IMG/VR virus record: IMGVR_UViG_3300042308_001511
Coordinates: 248,001 to 312,000 of that record
Strand: one strand, 5' to 3'
DNA: 64,000 nucleotides
Below are positions 46,168 to 54,473 of the stretch, in pieces. The notes under the pieces were generated by a model. It saw nothing but the letters and a program-made list of their open reading frames with translations. It was not told the DNA's origin and did not search any database. Position 1 is the first letter of the stretch, and each line of letters opens with the position of its first letter. The position numbers and the translations under genes were made by a program.

Positions 46168-46659
46168 TTAAATACCAATCTCCAACAATTTTTTATCTCT
46201 TCTTATTTGGACATAGTCGAAGTATTCATCGATTACCCTTACGGTGTGTTCGAACGCCGGCTTACCTCTGAGGTGGTTGTTTCTCGCTTCGCTTATCGCA
46301 GCACCCATCTTATAGAACTCTTCATATGAAGTTAAACAAAATGCTACGGTATGTACATCATCACCTTTTATAATTGCGTGTGGTACCATCACTTCTTTCA
46401 CATAAAGTCGTTTTACTTCTTCTATCGTCAGATATCCAGGTATGACCTCGTGAAGGTTCTCTTTGGTATATCCTTTTCTGATCCATTCTCTAGCTCCGGC
46501 TATGAGCTTGGTCTTTTCCCAGTACCTGTCGTAGTCTGTTATGAATTCGACTTTTCTTTGTATTATACCAATAACATCATATTCTTTCCCTTCTTCGAAG
46601 ATTGTTCCACCCGTAAAAGAATGATTGATCATTTTTTCGTTAGTACATCTCAGTCTCAT
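46168..46659 (-). CDS. C-tag hypothetical protein
   Basis: Coupled start MRLRCT..EGKEYDV; ends RRDKKLLEIGI. Confidence 0.65.
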   Translation of the reverse strand: MRLRCTNEKMINHSFTGGTIFEEGKEYDVIGIIQRKVEFITDYDRYWEKTKLIAGAREWIRKGYTKENLHEVIPGYLTIEEVKRLYVKEVMVPHAIIKGDDVHTVAFCLTSYEEFYKMGAAISEARNNHLRGKPAFEHTVRVIDEYFDYVQIRRDKKLLEIGI

Positions 46660-46871
46660 ATCCCAATCTCTTTTAGTTGCAGCTCTCGCCATTCTTCTGG
46701 CGTCCAGAACCAGGTTCCTATGAAATCAACGCCTTTGGCTATTTTGAGTCCATAGAACCATTTCTTTTGGTCTTTCTCTCGTATAATCATAATGGCGTTT
46801 TGTACATAAACACCTTCATATACTTCACCTTTTCTGAAACCATTGTGAGTATGTTTACATATTAGTTTCAT
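46656..46871 (-). CDS. C-tag SH3-like protein
   Basis: Coupled start MKLICK..KGEVYE; ends WRELQLKEIGI. Confidence 0.65.
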   Translation of the reverse strand: MKLICKHTHNGFRKGEVYEGVYVQNAIMIIREKDQKKWFYGLKIAKGVDFIGTWFWTPEEWRELQLKEIGI

Positions 46872-47185
46872 AGAGGCATTGTTATTTGTTGACCTTCTTC
46901 GAAATCGATATCGGTTATGAACTCTACTTTGATCCAATCTTCTGTATAGTGTCTTTGATATTCTTCTTTGACTTCTCCTATGAAATCGTGTTCGACCCAT
47001 CTATAGTCTTTTATCTGTAGCCCCTTAGTGATAATATTTACTTTGAGTGGCTTCCAATCTGGATTGACCAGGTTTATATCGGTGATGATGGCTTTGATAG
47101 GTGTATCAACGTCAGGGAACTTTATAGTCACCTGACGCTTGCCGTTGGCTATCTCCTGGAGGAGCTGGTTGAATGAGTATTCCAT
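46868..47185 (-). CDS. Hypothetical protein
   Basis: 105-aa ORF. Confidence 0.55.
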   Translation of the reverse strand: MEYSFNQLLQEIANGKRQVTIKFPDVDTPIKAIITDINLVNPDWKPLKVNIITKGLQIKDYRWVEHDFIGEVKEEYQRHYTEDWIKVEFITDIDFEEGQQITMPL

Positions 47186-47208
47186 ATCACAAATATTGTT
47201 AATGCATT

Positions 47209-47490
47209 TTATTTTAATTTTCGTAGACCATAGAATATAAATGCTTTTTCAATCTGTTCTAAACTATATCCTTTAGATTCTTCACCGTTATTAAATTTTT
47301 TCTCTAAATCATTCATCTTTCTAGTTATACCAAATAACATAAATCTTGACGAAACTAATTTAGTATACACCACTTGATTATAATCAGTAAAATCTATGGT
47401 TTTAGACTTCTCTCTGACTATATCAACACATAAATCCCACGTAATTCTTTCTTGTGGTGATAAACTATTAAGTAAATTGGTATAACTCAT
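47209..47490 (-). CDS. Hypothetical protein
   Basis: 93-aa AT-rich ORF. Confidence 0.55.
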   Translation of the reverse strand: MSYTNLLNSLSPQERITWDLCVDIVREKSKTIDFTDYNQVVYTKLVSSRFMLFGITRKMNDLEKKFNNGEESKGYSLEQIEKAFIFYGLRKLK

Positions 47491-47523
47491 ATTGTACAGA
47501 TTTTAGTAGTGAACTTCGCGAAC

Positions 47524-47811
47524 TCAGTATTCCGCTCCGGAATTTTCCAATACATAATCGAACCAGTCTTCTGGCATGTCGTCGCAGTTTCCAGCGATTG
47601 CATCTGCTAGTACTTTGTTTCTATCTGAATACCCTTCGGCATCAATCACTTCTTTTATGATTGCTGCGGCGTCTTCTTTGGATAGTGTCTTTACGAAGTC
47701 GGTGATGGGTGTGATGTTCATTACTTCGTAGGGTCCTTTGTCGTCAAAGGAATATGTACCGAATCGGGTTAAGGCTTCGGTTAGTTTTTGTAAGATGTTT
47801 TCTGCGGTCAT
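47524..47811 (-). CDS. Hypothetical protein
   Basis: Start reassigned to MTAENILQK, downstream of the tRNA-like element. Confidence 0.6.
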   Translation of the reverse strand: MTAENILQKLTEALTRFGTYSFDDKGPYEVMNITPITDFVKTLSKEDAAAIIKEVIDAEGYSDRNKVLADAIAGNCDDMPEDWFDYVLENSGAEY

Positions 47812-47839
47812 GTTTAGAGTTTTTATTTTAAAATTTTTA

Positions 47840-47956
47840 GAGTCAGGACAAGATTCGAACTTGTTATAAGAGAGGTCACTTACCGCTGATGGGACTTTCA
47901 CCATCACCCTCTGTATTGCCATACCACGTTGCGTCTACCAATTCCGCCACCTGACT
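47840..47956 (-). tRNA. Atypical tRNA-like RNA (Leu-type D arm, no canonical anticodon arm)
   Basis: Acceptor AGTCAGG/CCTGACT, D arm GCGGAATTGGTAGACGC, T arm ACAAG-TTCGAAT-CTTGT; 66 nt between D and T arms; no encoded CCA. Confidence 0.7.
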
Positions 47957-47977
47957 ATTCAAAGATAAGAATTATCC

Positions 47978-48661
47978 CTAATAAAATCTAAGTAAGATTG
48001 TTTTTTCTCCAGAGCGTGCAAATATAAAATCTTTGTATAATATCTCACTATTCGAGAATATACCGTAAATGTAATCCTCCTCAAAGTCTGCCTCGTAAAT
48101 CTCTTCAGTGGTCATAACCCTTCTACCCCTCTTACCAAATATGAAATTAGAGTCCTCTATAAGAACCATTTGATTCTCGTTTACGTGATCCATCACATAG
48201 TCACCATCATCATCACGTGTTGTCTGTTTATTTGACTGTCCCAAAAAGTCACTAAGATCAAACTCTATTGCTAATGAGTTCCTACATTCATAGATATTGT
48301 ACAACTCTTTGTATCCATACTCCTTAACGGTATCTGCAGGGTCATATACAATAAACTTTCCACCTACCGTTTTTAGTACCACCCAATGTTTTATGTTACC
48401 GTAGTAAACTGCAAGCATCCAAACTTTGTCGGGGTTTTGTAAGAAATAATTGAGAGGAGTTTCCGCCATAACCCGGTGCTTTATACCGAGTTTATTTATT
48501 ATGTCATGCATTCTTGGCCAAGGTGTGCCACCGATTCTGGTAGGAGACATATCGAATATATCTTGTATACCCAGTTCTTCTCGGTAACCAACAGCACTCA
48601 TAATCATTCTGAGAGACGTTGGTCCACAAGATGATCCACAATTTTGGTTAAGGTGTTTCAT
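47978..48661 (-). CDS. Peptidase C39-like (papain fold) protein
   Basis: QNCGSSCGPTSL, HWVVL, VYDP. Confidence 0.75.
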   Translation of the reverse strand: MKHLNQNCGSSCGPTSLRMIMSAVGYREELGIQDIFDMSPTRIGGTPWPRMHDIINKLGIKHRVMAETPLNYFLQNPDKVWMLAVYYGNIKHWVVLKTVGGKFIVYDPADTVKEYGYKELYNIYECRNSLAIEFDLSDFLGQSNKQTTRDDDGDYVMDHVNENQMVLIEDSNFIFGKRGRRVMTTEEIYEADFEEDYIYGIFSNSEILYKDFIFARSGEKTILLRFY

Positions 48662-49372
48662 TTAGAATAAGTTTAAGTATTGAGTTATTTCTTTTATCTC
48701 TTCAGGGTCAAAGGCACTTAGTAGTTCATCACCTTGTATTTCTTCCAAACTTTTCCCTTCTTTAGCGAGTTCTTCTATGTAGTCCGCTGCTGACTTTTTA
48801 TTGGTCTCGTAGAATGCGAGGTGTTCAGTTGTTGGATACTTATCGATTGTACCGTCGTATACTTCTATGGTGAAGTAAACACCATCTAAGTCGTTAAAGA
48901 GTTTCCTACTTTTCAACCAGTGATCTATGTTCTTTAGTCCGTGGAATGCTTGGCCCCATATGAACTTTACATCCGGTCTTGGGTTTTCTTTGTAGTAGTA
49001 TTTAAGCATGTGTCCAATACCTTTTTCTTTATGGTCTGGATGCACAAATAAAGAAACACCTTCTATACCTGTAGAGTCGTCACCTTCAAAGTCGTAGAAG
49101 TTACCGATTATGACTGGGAGCTTTGTTTTTTTGAGTATATACCCACCTACAATTTCACCGTTTATTTCTGCTACAATTGAAACTGAATAATCAAGTTTAT
49201 TGATAGAGTATTGGTCGTGTTTTTCTTTGGTCTTTGGATCTGCTAAGTCGCCCCAGAATTTACCAAAGTATTGGAACTTAATATCCATACAGGTTCTCAC
49301 ATCGGCTTCAGTCATTGGTCTTATCGTTATGCCTTTGTTTAGAAATCCTTCGTATGTTTTCAGTATTTTCAT
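48662..49372 (-). CDS. N-tag GNAT acetyltransferase
   Basis: MKILKTYEGF; IRPMTEAD; SLFVHPDHKEKGIGHML; AAATATATAC at 49394-49403. Confidence 0.75.
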   Translation of the reverse strand: MKILKTYEGFLNKGITIRPMTEADVRTCMDIKFQYFGKFWGDLADPKTKEKHDQYSINKLDYSVSIVAEINGEIVGGYILKKTKLPVIIGNFYDFEGDDSTGIEGVSLFVHPDHKEKGIGHMLKYYYKENPRPDVKFIWGQAFHGLKNIDHWLKSRKLFNDLDGVYFTIEVYDGTIDKYPTTEHLAFYETNKKSAADYIEELAKEGKSLEEIQGDELLSAFDPEEIKEITQYLNLF

Positions 49373-49433
49373 AGGTGTGTTTTTATTTATAGAGTATATA
49401 TTTCACGTAGAAAATACGTTCTCTTTAGTAGCG

Positions 49434-49655
49434 TCAAATTTCATCTTGTTCTTTGATATGTTCTTTGATATCTCCAATACAATTGATTCCTTGGTTGCTA
49501 TTATCTATAGCTACTACTTCTAAATCATTAGGTAATAATTCGCCTAATTTTTTAACCCAGGTCAATCTTACTTTACCGTTACCAATTCCTACTCTTCTAG
49601 CAATTGGTATTATTTCTCCGGTGCTAGGTATTTTTACTCCAAATGTCGTGCTCAT
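49434..49655 (-). CDS. Hypothetical protein
   Basis: 73-aa ORF. Confidence 0.55.
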   Translation of the reverse strand: MSTTFGVKIPSTGEIIPIARRVGIGNGKVRLTWVKKLGELLPNDLEVVAIDNSNQGINCIGDIKEHIKEQDEI

Positions 49656-49677
49656 ACTTTTTATGTTTTAAGATTTT

Positions 49678-50031
49678 TTATTCGAGAACCAGGTCAATCT
49701 TCAACTCTCTAATCTCTTCGTCTGTTAGAGCTCCTATTTGTGCCACTCGGTCTAATATAATCTTTTCTAAATCAGTGGCCAAGCGTACTTCACGGTCGTA
49801 CACAGAGACTCTTTTTCCACTCAAATAAGGATAGGTGTTTTGACCGTCTTTTCTGAGGAACTCATTACTGGACTTCCGCCACATATGGTTCATATTACTG
49901 AAGGTCAATCCAAATACTAACGCGTTGGCAAAATCATCGTTCTGTGTGGTGTAAGGTCGTATAAGGCACCAGCTACCATCGTGTTCGTCGGTGATGAGGT
50001 ATGTCTCGTCTTTTATGAATGTTCTTTTCAT
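49678..50031 (-). CDS. C-tag hypothetical protein (paralog of 56217..56553)
   Basis: ends IRELKIDLVLE. Confidence 0.65.
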   Translation of the reverse strand: MKRTFIKDETYLITDEHDGSWCLIRPYTTQNDDFANALVFGLTFSNMNHMWRKSSNEFLRKDGQNTYPYLSGKRVSVYDREVRLATDLEKIILDRVAQIGALTDEEIRELKIDLVLE

Positions 50032-50324
50032 ACACCCAGTTCTTTAAGTCTTTCTTCTCTTATATGTTGTAAGTATTCCGCGAGAGGATAAATTACGCCC
50101 CAACTGTTAGACCACGATGTATTGGCTTCGTTGCTGTAGTCTCTATCCCATTCTCTAGGAAATCGAACTTCGAATCTCGGTCCGACGCCGTGTGGTCCTT
50201 CAGATATCTTTTTAACAATTCCTTCGACACCGATGAATCGTTCCTTAGATTCGGTCCAATCTAGGTTTGCCGAGTTTAGTTCGTGGAATCTGAATCCTTT
50301 TACTTTACTGCCTTTCTCTATCAC
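50028..50324 (-). CDS. C-tag KGFxF-family protein
   Basis: GTG start after tandem promoters at 50333-50349; KVKGFRF..GVEG..IYP; ends IREERLKELGV. Confidence 0.65.
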   Translation of the reverse strand: MIEKGSKVKGFRFHELNSANLDWTESKERFIGVEGIVKKISEGPHGVGPRFEVRFPREWDRDYSNEANTSWSNSWGVIYPLAEYLQHIREERLKELGV

Positions 50325-50353
50325 TTTTTTTACAAATATAACAAATATAAGAA

Positions 50354-50548
50354 TCATTCTGTAACCTTTATTATGTCGTTCGAAAAATAATCGCTAACTT
50401 TTTCTTCCTCTCCATATGGTCTGAAGTAAAGAAGACCGTCTCTTTTGTAGATCCTGTGTTGACCCGCTTGTTGTACATCTACCAGGTCTCCATCCGCGAG
50501 TTCGTTGTCGAACTTGTCTATACATTTTATTTTCATGTTGTCTCTCAT
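50354..50548 (-). CDS. Hypothetical protein
   Basis: 64-aa ORF. Confidence 0.5.
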   Translation of the reverse strand: MRDNMKIKCIDKFDNELADGDLVDVQQAGQHRIYKRDGLLYFRPYGEEEKVSDYFSNDIIKVTE

Positions 50549-50644
50549 GTCGTTTTTTTAGTAAAGATAAGGTGGTGGTTTGGTGTCCACAACGGACAAT
50601 TGTCCTCATTTGTTTTAGGGTAAATAATAATAATATATACTCGT

Positions 50645-51310
50645 ATGAAAATTAGAATGTTTGAGAATTGGTCACAAGACTTCGTGACAGATTTCACCGA
50701 CAACGGTTTCGATGTTGATGTGAATGAATATACTATCAACGGACAGTATAAGGGTAAGTTCGTGGTTACACAGGTTTCCAGGTGGTTCGACGATATGTTG
50801 GGTAAGATAGATACCGAGTACAATATAATGAGGACTAAGACATTCTTTAATTCGATTACAGGGAATGCCAACTTCGAGGTTGTTGTTGCACCTCCTACGA
50901 GTGGAAACTCGATTGAGTTTATGTTGGATGGTGTCAAGCATGAGTTCTATATAAAATATGTCAGGTGTTTCGGTAGCGGATCTGAAATAGGCCTTGCGTT
51001 TGTGGGTAACCGTGGTGATGGAGATTCTGGAACGATTTATATCAGTGTAGTTGAGAGTCCTGTGAGGAAGACGAAGAAGATCCGTTTTGGTTACAACAAC
51101 AGGACCAAAAACGTTCTTGTGTCGATGGATGTAGTGGGTAAGCTACTGGAACTAATCATCTCAGATAAATTAGAGGTAGGTGATTATGGTGAGAGAAAGA
51201 AGTATAGTGAGTTAACTAATGAAGAGCTAATTATTCGTAAATTTGATGGTGGGATGACCAAGCAGAAGTTCGATTTACATATAGATGCAATAAAGAGTGT
51301 AGTGAGATGA
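50645..51310 (+). CDS. N-tag hypothetical protein
   Basis: MKIRMFENWS; TAATATATAC at 50631-50640. Confidence 0.65.
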   Translation: MKIRMFENWSQDFVTDFTDNGFDVDVNEYTINGQYKGKFVVTQVSRWFDDMLGKIDTEYNIMRTKTFFNSITGNANFEVVVAPPTSGNSIEFMLDGVKHEFYIKYVRCFGSGSEIGLAFVGNRGDGDSGTIYISVVESPVRKTKKIRFGYNNRTKNVLVSMDVVGKLLELIISDKLEVGDYGERKKYSELTNEELIIRKFDGGMTKQKFDLHIDAIKSVVR

Positions 51311-51939
51311 GGTACATAAAACTATATGAAGAGTTCTCCAAGAACGAGTTCGACCAGGTGATGATGTCAATCTGTGAGGATATGTCCTTCGAGGTCTACG
51401 AAGATTTCCCTTCTACTGAGGATGTAAGGGTCTACTTGGTGGACGGTTTACCTAACATAGATCGTTCTAGGTATGAAGAGTATTTGGGTGATGATTGGCA
51501 TATTATTTCGAAAGAGTACAGGTATCTCGATAAGTGTATGGTTAGTTTCGTGAAGGGTGAGCCTAGTGATGCAGCTCTTAAGTGGTTGGAGGATGTGTAT
51601 GGTGACCTGAGACGAGAAGAGGAGCATCTTCCTTCGACTGAATGGGGAGCTTATGGTGAGAAGGCGGGTATTTCCTACAACTACATTGATGGTACTGGTA
51701 GGAAGATACTATCATTCGTTGTGCGTGATGTTTTAAATCAATCGATGGATCCGTTCGATATGGAATCTTCGGGTGGTACGAAAGTATATTTCAACACTGA
51801 TGTGCGTGACTTCCTACGAGCTTGTTTCGGTCTGTCGGATTTATTTGCACATATTCTAAGAGATATAGTAAATATTTGGATTAAGGATGTGTATGGTATA
51901 AACGGTCATGTCTATCTTCTTCCTCCTAATAACAGGTAG
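51307..51939 (+). CDS. N-tag protein, paralog of 44704..45138
   Basis: MRYIKLYEEFS..DQVMMSICEDMSF. Confidence 0.7.
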   Translation: MRYIKLYEEFSKNEFDQVMMSICEDMSFEVYEDFPSTEDVRVYLVDGLPNIDRSRYEEYLGDDWHIISKEYRYLDKCMVSFVKGEPSDAALKWLEDVYGDLRREEEHLPSTEWGAYGEKAGISYNYIDGTGRKILSFVVRDVLNQSMDPFDMESSGGTKVYFNTDVRDFLRACFGLSDLFAHILRDIVNIWIKDVYGINGHVYLLPPNNR

Positions 51940-51941
51940 TT

Positions 51942-52199
51942 TTAGATTCCTAGTTGATTGAGTTTGTTTTCTCTCATCTCTACCGCGAAGTAATTTTTGA
52001 GTATTTCTCTGTCGTGAAATTGAATGTTCTTGTGAGTTATCTCGACCGTTTCTAATGGATCTGGATTGTAGTCGCTGTATGTTAGTTCGTAGTCAATGAA
52101 TCTAATATATATTCGCCATCGATCGTAATTGAATCTACCAGAGTTCTTTACGACCTCTTTAAACCCTATGCTTTTTATTTCTCTTATTAGGTCTTCCAT
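51942..52199 (-). CDS. C-tag hypothetical protein
   Basis: ends MRENKLNQLGI. Confidence 0.65.
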   Translation of the reverse strand: MEDLIREIKSIGFKEVVKNSGRFNYDRWRIYIRFIDYELTYSDYNPDPLETVEITHKNIQFHDREILKNYFAVEMRENKLNQLGI

Positions 52200-52200
52200 A

Positions 52201-52659
52201 TTATGGATTTTTATCGGTGCACATCTCTTTTTTAATCGCTTCTTCCACCTTGGAATACCAGGTGGCAGTGGAGGTGGTTGGTGGACTCACCTCTCGTTTG
52301 AGTGCGTCTTCTACCTTATAATAGTATTGGAATTTCGTTGGATCAGGTGTACCCACCTCTCGTTTGAGTGCGTCTTCTACCAGCACCTTCGTTATTGCTT
52401 GTATTTCCTCGTATTTCAAATGGAAATTGGATTCGAAAAACTCCCAGTATTTATAATAGTGTGTCCAGAATTTTTCATTTTTACAATCCTGGTAGAATAT
52501 CCATTGACCATCTTTATGATATATGAATTCTAATCCATCTTCATTATATACATTACAATTGATAATCTCAATTCCTGACGTAATTTCGCAGAACAGGTCT
52601 ATGACAGTGTTTTGGTTCCCCATCAGTAAATCAATCTTTATGTCTCTTACTTCTTTCAT
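52201..52659 (-). CDS. Hypothetical protein with tag-like N-terminus and 22-aa repeats
   Basis: Coupled start MKEVRDIKIDLL; KVEDALKREV repeats. Confidence 0.6.
   Translation of the reverse strand: MKEVRDIKIDLLMGNQNTVIDLFCEITSGIEIINCNVYNEDGLEFIYHKDGQWIFYQDCKNEKFWTHYYKYWEFFESNFHLKYEEIQAITKVLVEDALKREVGTPDPTKFQYYYKVEDALKREVSPPTTSTATWYSKVEEAIKKEMCTDKNP
52222..52381. repeat. 66-bp-period coding tandem repeat x3
   Basis: CACCTCTCGTTTGAGTGCGTCTTCTACC at 52288 and 52354; degenerate copy at 52222. Confidence 0.85.
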
Positions 52660-52922
52660 TAGTCTAAAAGTTCTTCTTCTCTTGCATAAAACTGTTCGCC
52701 ATTTTCGTCGGTGAAATAGTAGATATAATTTCCACCTTTCATACCACATTTGTCTATGGTTATAATCTTCCCATCCATCTTTACCTTATCTCCTTTGTAG
52801 AATAATGGCATACTTATCCAATGGGGAAAAAGGTCTAGCACCTGTTGTACTTTACCATTGTCTCCGATTATCTCTTTTATCTTTCTTTCGAATCCTGATA
52901 GGTTGTCCATTTCTTCTTTCAT
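52659..52922 (-). CDS. Hypothetical SH3-like protein
   Basis: Start MKEEMDNL; FYKGDKVK. Confidence 0.55.
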   Translation of the reverse strand: MKEEMDNLSGFERKIKEIIGDNGKVQQVLDLFPHWISMPLFYKGDKVKMDGKIITIDKCGMKGGNYIYYFTDENGEQFYAREEELLD

Positions 52923-52945
52923 AGGTACAATATACGGAAAATAAT

Positions 52946-53221
52946 TTACCTCATCTCTATTTCCTCTAATGATACAACGTTCACCTCTGCCAGTGTGTGG
53001 TATTTTGCCCACTGCTCTATGTAGATGCCACGCATCGGATCATCATCATCGTTTAGTTTCTCGTCAATCTCGCGGTAGTATTCTTTCACTTTCACTAAGA
53101 GTTTGTTTGCCTTTTCTACGTAGGCAAGTGCGAGTTCTTTGTCATTGGTTACGAACAGGTTACCTCTGTGGAAGTCGTCCCAACTTCCGCTTGTGTATGT
53201 TATTATGTACATATTTTTCAT
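52946..53221 (-). CDS. Hypothetical phage protein
   Basis: Coupled start MKNMYIITY; GSWDD. Confidence 0.55.
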   Translation of the reverse strand: MKNMYIITYTSGSWDDFHRGNLFVTNDKELALAYVEKANKLLVKVKEYYREIDEKLNDDDDPMRGIYIEQWAKYHTLAEVNVVSLEEIEMR

Positions 53222-53469
53222 TGTATTTCTAATTTGTTCAATTGTCTTTCTCTCCACTCTTTTTGTGTGTAAAATCTTTCTTCAATATCACCGCCGACCC
53301 AATGTGGAATACCATCTCCGTTTGTATTTTTTATGATGCTACCTGGCCCGTCTACGAAAGTAATTTCATACATATCACCTGGTATGAAATGGTATTCATA
53401 AGACCCTCCGGTTTTACCATATAGTGCGGTATAGGGTTTATTAACATAGATTATATCTCCTACTTTCAT
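53218..53469 (-). CDS. C-tag SH3-like protein
   Basis: ends WRERQLNKLEIQ. Confidence 0.65.
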   Translation of the reverse strand: MKVGDIIYVNKPYTALYGKTGGSYEYHFIPGDMYEITFVDGPGSIIKNTNGDGIPHWVGGDIEERFYTQKEWRERQLNKLEIQ

Positions 53470-53807
53470 ATTCCTAGTTCTATTAGTCTCTGTTCTCGTA
53501 TCTCACGGAGATACTCTTTTATAGGATAGCACCATTTCCTTGGCGGCACTTCCTCTAAACGATAATCTCCTTCATTCGAACTTGATAATACTAATCTTTC
53601 AATTTCCTCATCAGGAAGGATTTCGAATTGTATGGTTATGTAGTTTTCATTCGGTGTTCTGGATTCGTATACTATTTCTACTATTGATCCCTCGCGACCG
53701 ATGTATTTCTCCATACGTTGATCCCAGTACATATTCGAAGAGTTTTTCTTATTTGTGAACCTGAACCCTTTTGCTTTTTGTCCTAACTCTAGTGTACCTA
53801 CTTTCAT
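53466..53807 (-). CDS. C-tag KGFxF-family protein
   Basis: GQKAKGFRF..GREG..WCYP; ends IREQRLIELGI. Confidence 0.7.
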   Translation of the reverse strand: MKVGTLELGQKAKGFRFTNKKNSSNMYWDQRMEKYIGREGSIVEIVYESRTPNENYITIQFEILPDEEIERLVLSSSNEGDYRLEEVPPRKWCYPIKEYLREIREQRLIELGI

Positions 53808-54004
53808 ATCCCCAGTTCTTCCAGCTGTTTCTCTCTCCACTTATTCATTGGTATTACCGTTCTTATATTATGCCAGGTAAAATAACCTTTATCATCAACT
53901 ATTTTATAGTCAAAATAAGTTTGGTCGATAACGTCATATGCCTTACCATAGGTGAGGTTCGTAGTTGTGCCGTAGCTGATCTCGCTTATACAAACAACTT
54001 TCAT
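53804..54004 (-). CDS. C-tag SH3-like protein (LTYGKxY family)
   Basis: MKVVCI..LTYGKAYDV; ends WREKQLEELGI. Confidence 0.7.
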   Translation of the reverse strand: MKVVCISEISYGTTTNLTYGKAYDVIDQTYFDYKIVDDKGYFTWHNIRTVIPMNKWREKQLEELGI

Positions 54005-54005
54005 T

Positions 54006-54401
54006 TCATTTCGTTTTTGTAATCTCTTTGTCGAAGCAGTATAGAGCATCCAGAACCTCTTTCTTTGTGTCGAAGTTGTTCCATTCGTTGAAGTAATCGA
54101 AAACACACCCGTCTACGCCGTCTGCGTAAATAGATACTTCCCACCACTTTGTCTCACACTCTTCGTTGAATATATCCACCGTGAAGTTCTTGCCGTGGTA
54201 TGTGTACCACCCAATCCCATTTTTGGTCACTTTGATACCGTCTTCTTTCAGGATCTCACCGAAAGACTTTGGCTTACACAGCTTGGCCCACTTCTTCGCT
54301 AGTTTGTCGTACTGAGATTTATAGTCAGTGTAGTTCATCTTACCTGCTTTATAGTCTTCACCAAGTGTCAGAATGTTTTGTTTTATTTCTTCGTGTGTCA
54401 T
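54006..54401 (-). CDS. Hypothetical protein
   Basis: Start MTHEEIKQ after TATATTTG at 54420-54427. Confidence 0.6.
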   Translation of the reverse strand: MTHEEIKQNILTLGEDYKAGKMNYTDYKSQYDKLAKKWAKLCKPKSFGEILKEDGIKVTKNGIGWYTYHGKNFTVDIFNEECETKWWEVSIYADGVDGCVFDYFNEWNNFDTKKEVLDALYCFDKEITKTK

Positions 54402-54473
54402 CGCAGTGGGTTTGTTTAACAAATATAGTTAAATGGTTTAACACCTCATCATATCCCCCATTGTATTTTTATT

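Noticed and set aside
47812-47922. N-terminal extension of ORF 47524..47922
   Set aside because: It overlaps the tRNA-like RNA; a downstream ATG after an AT-rich leader is the better start.
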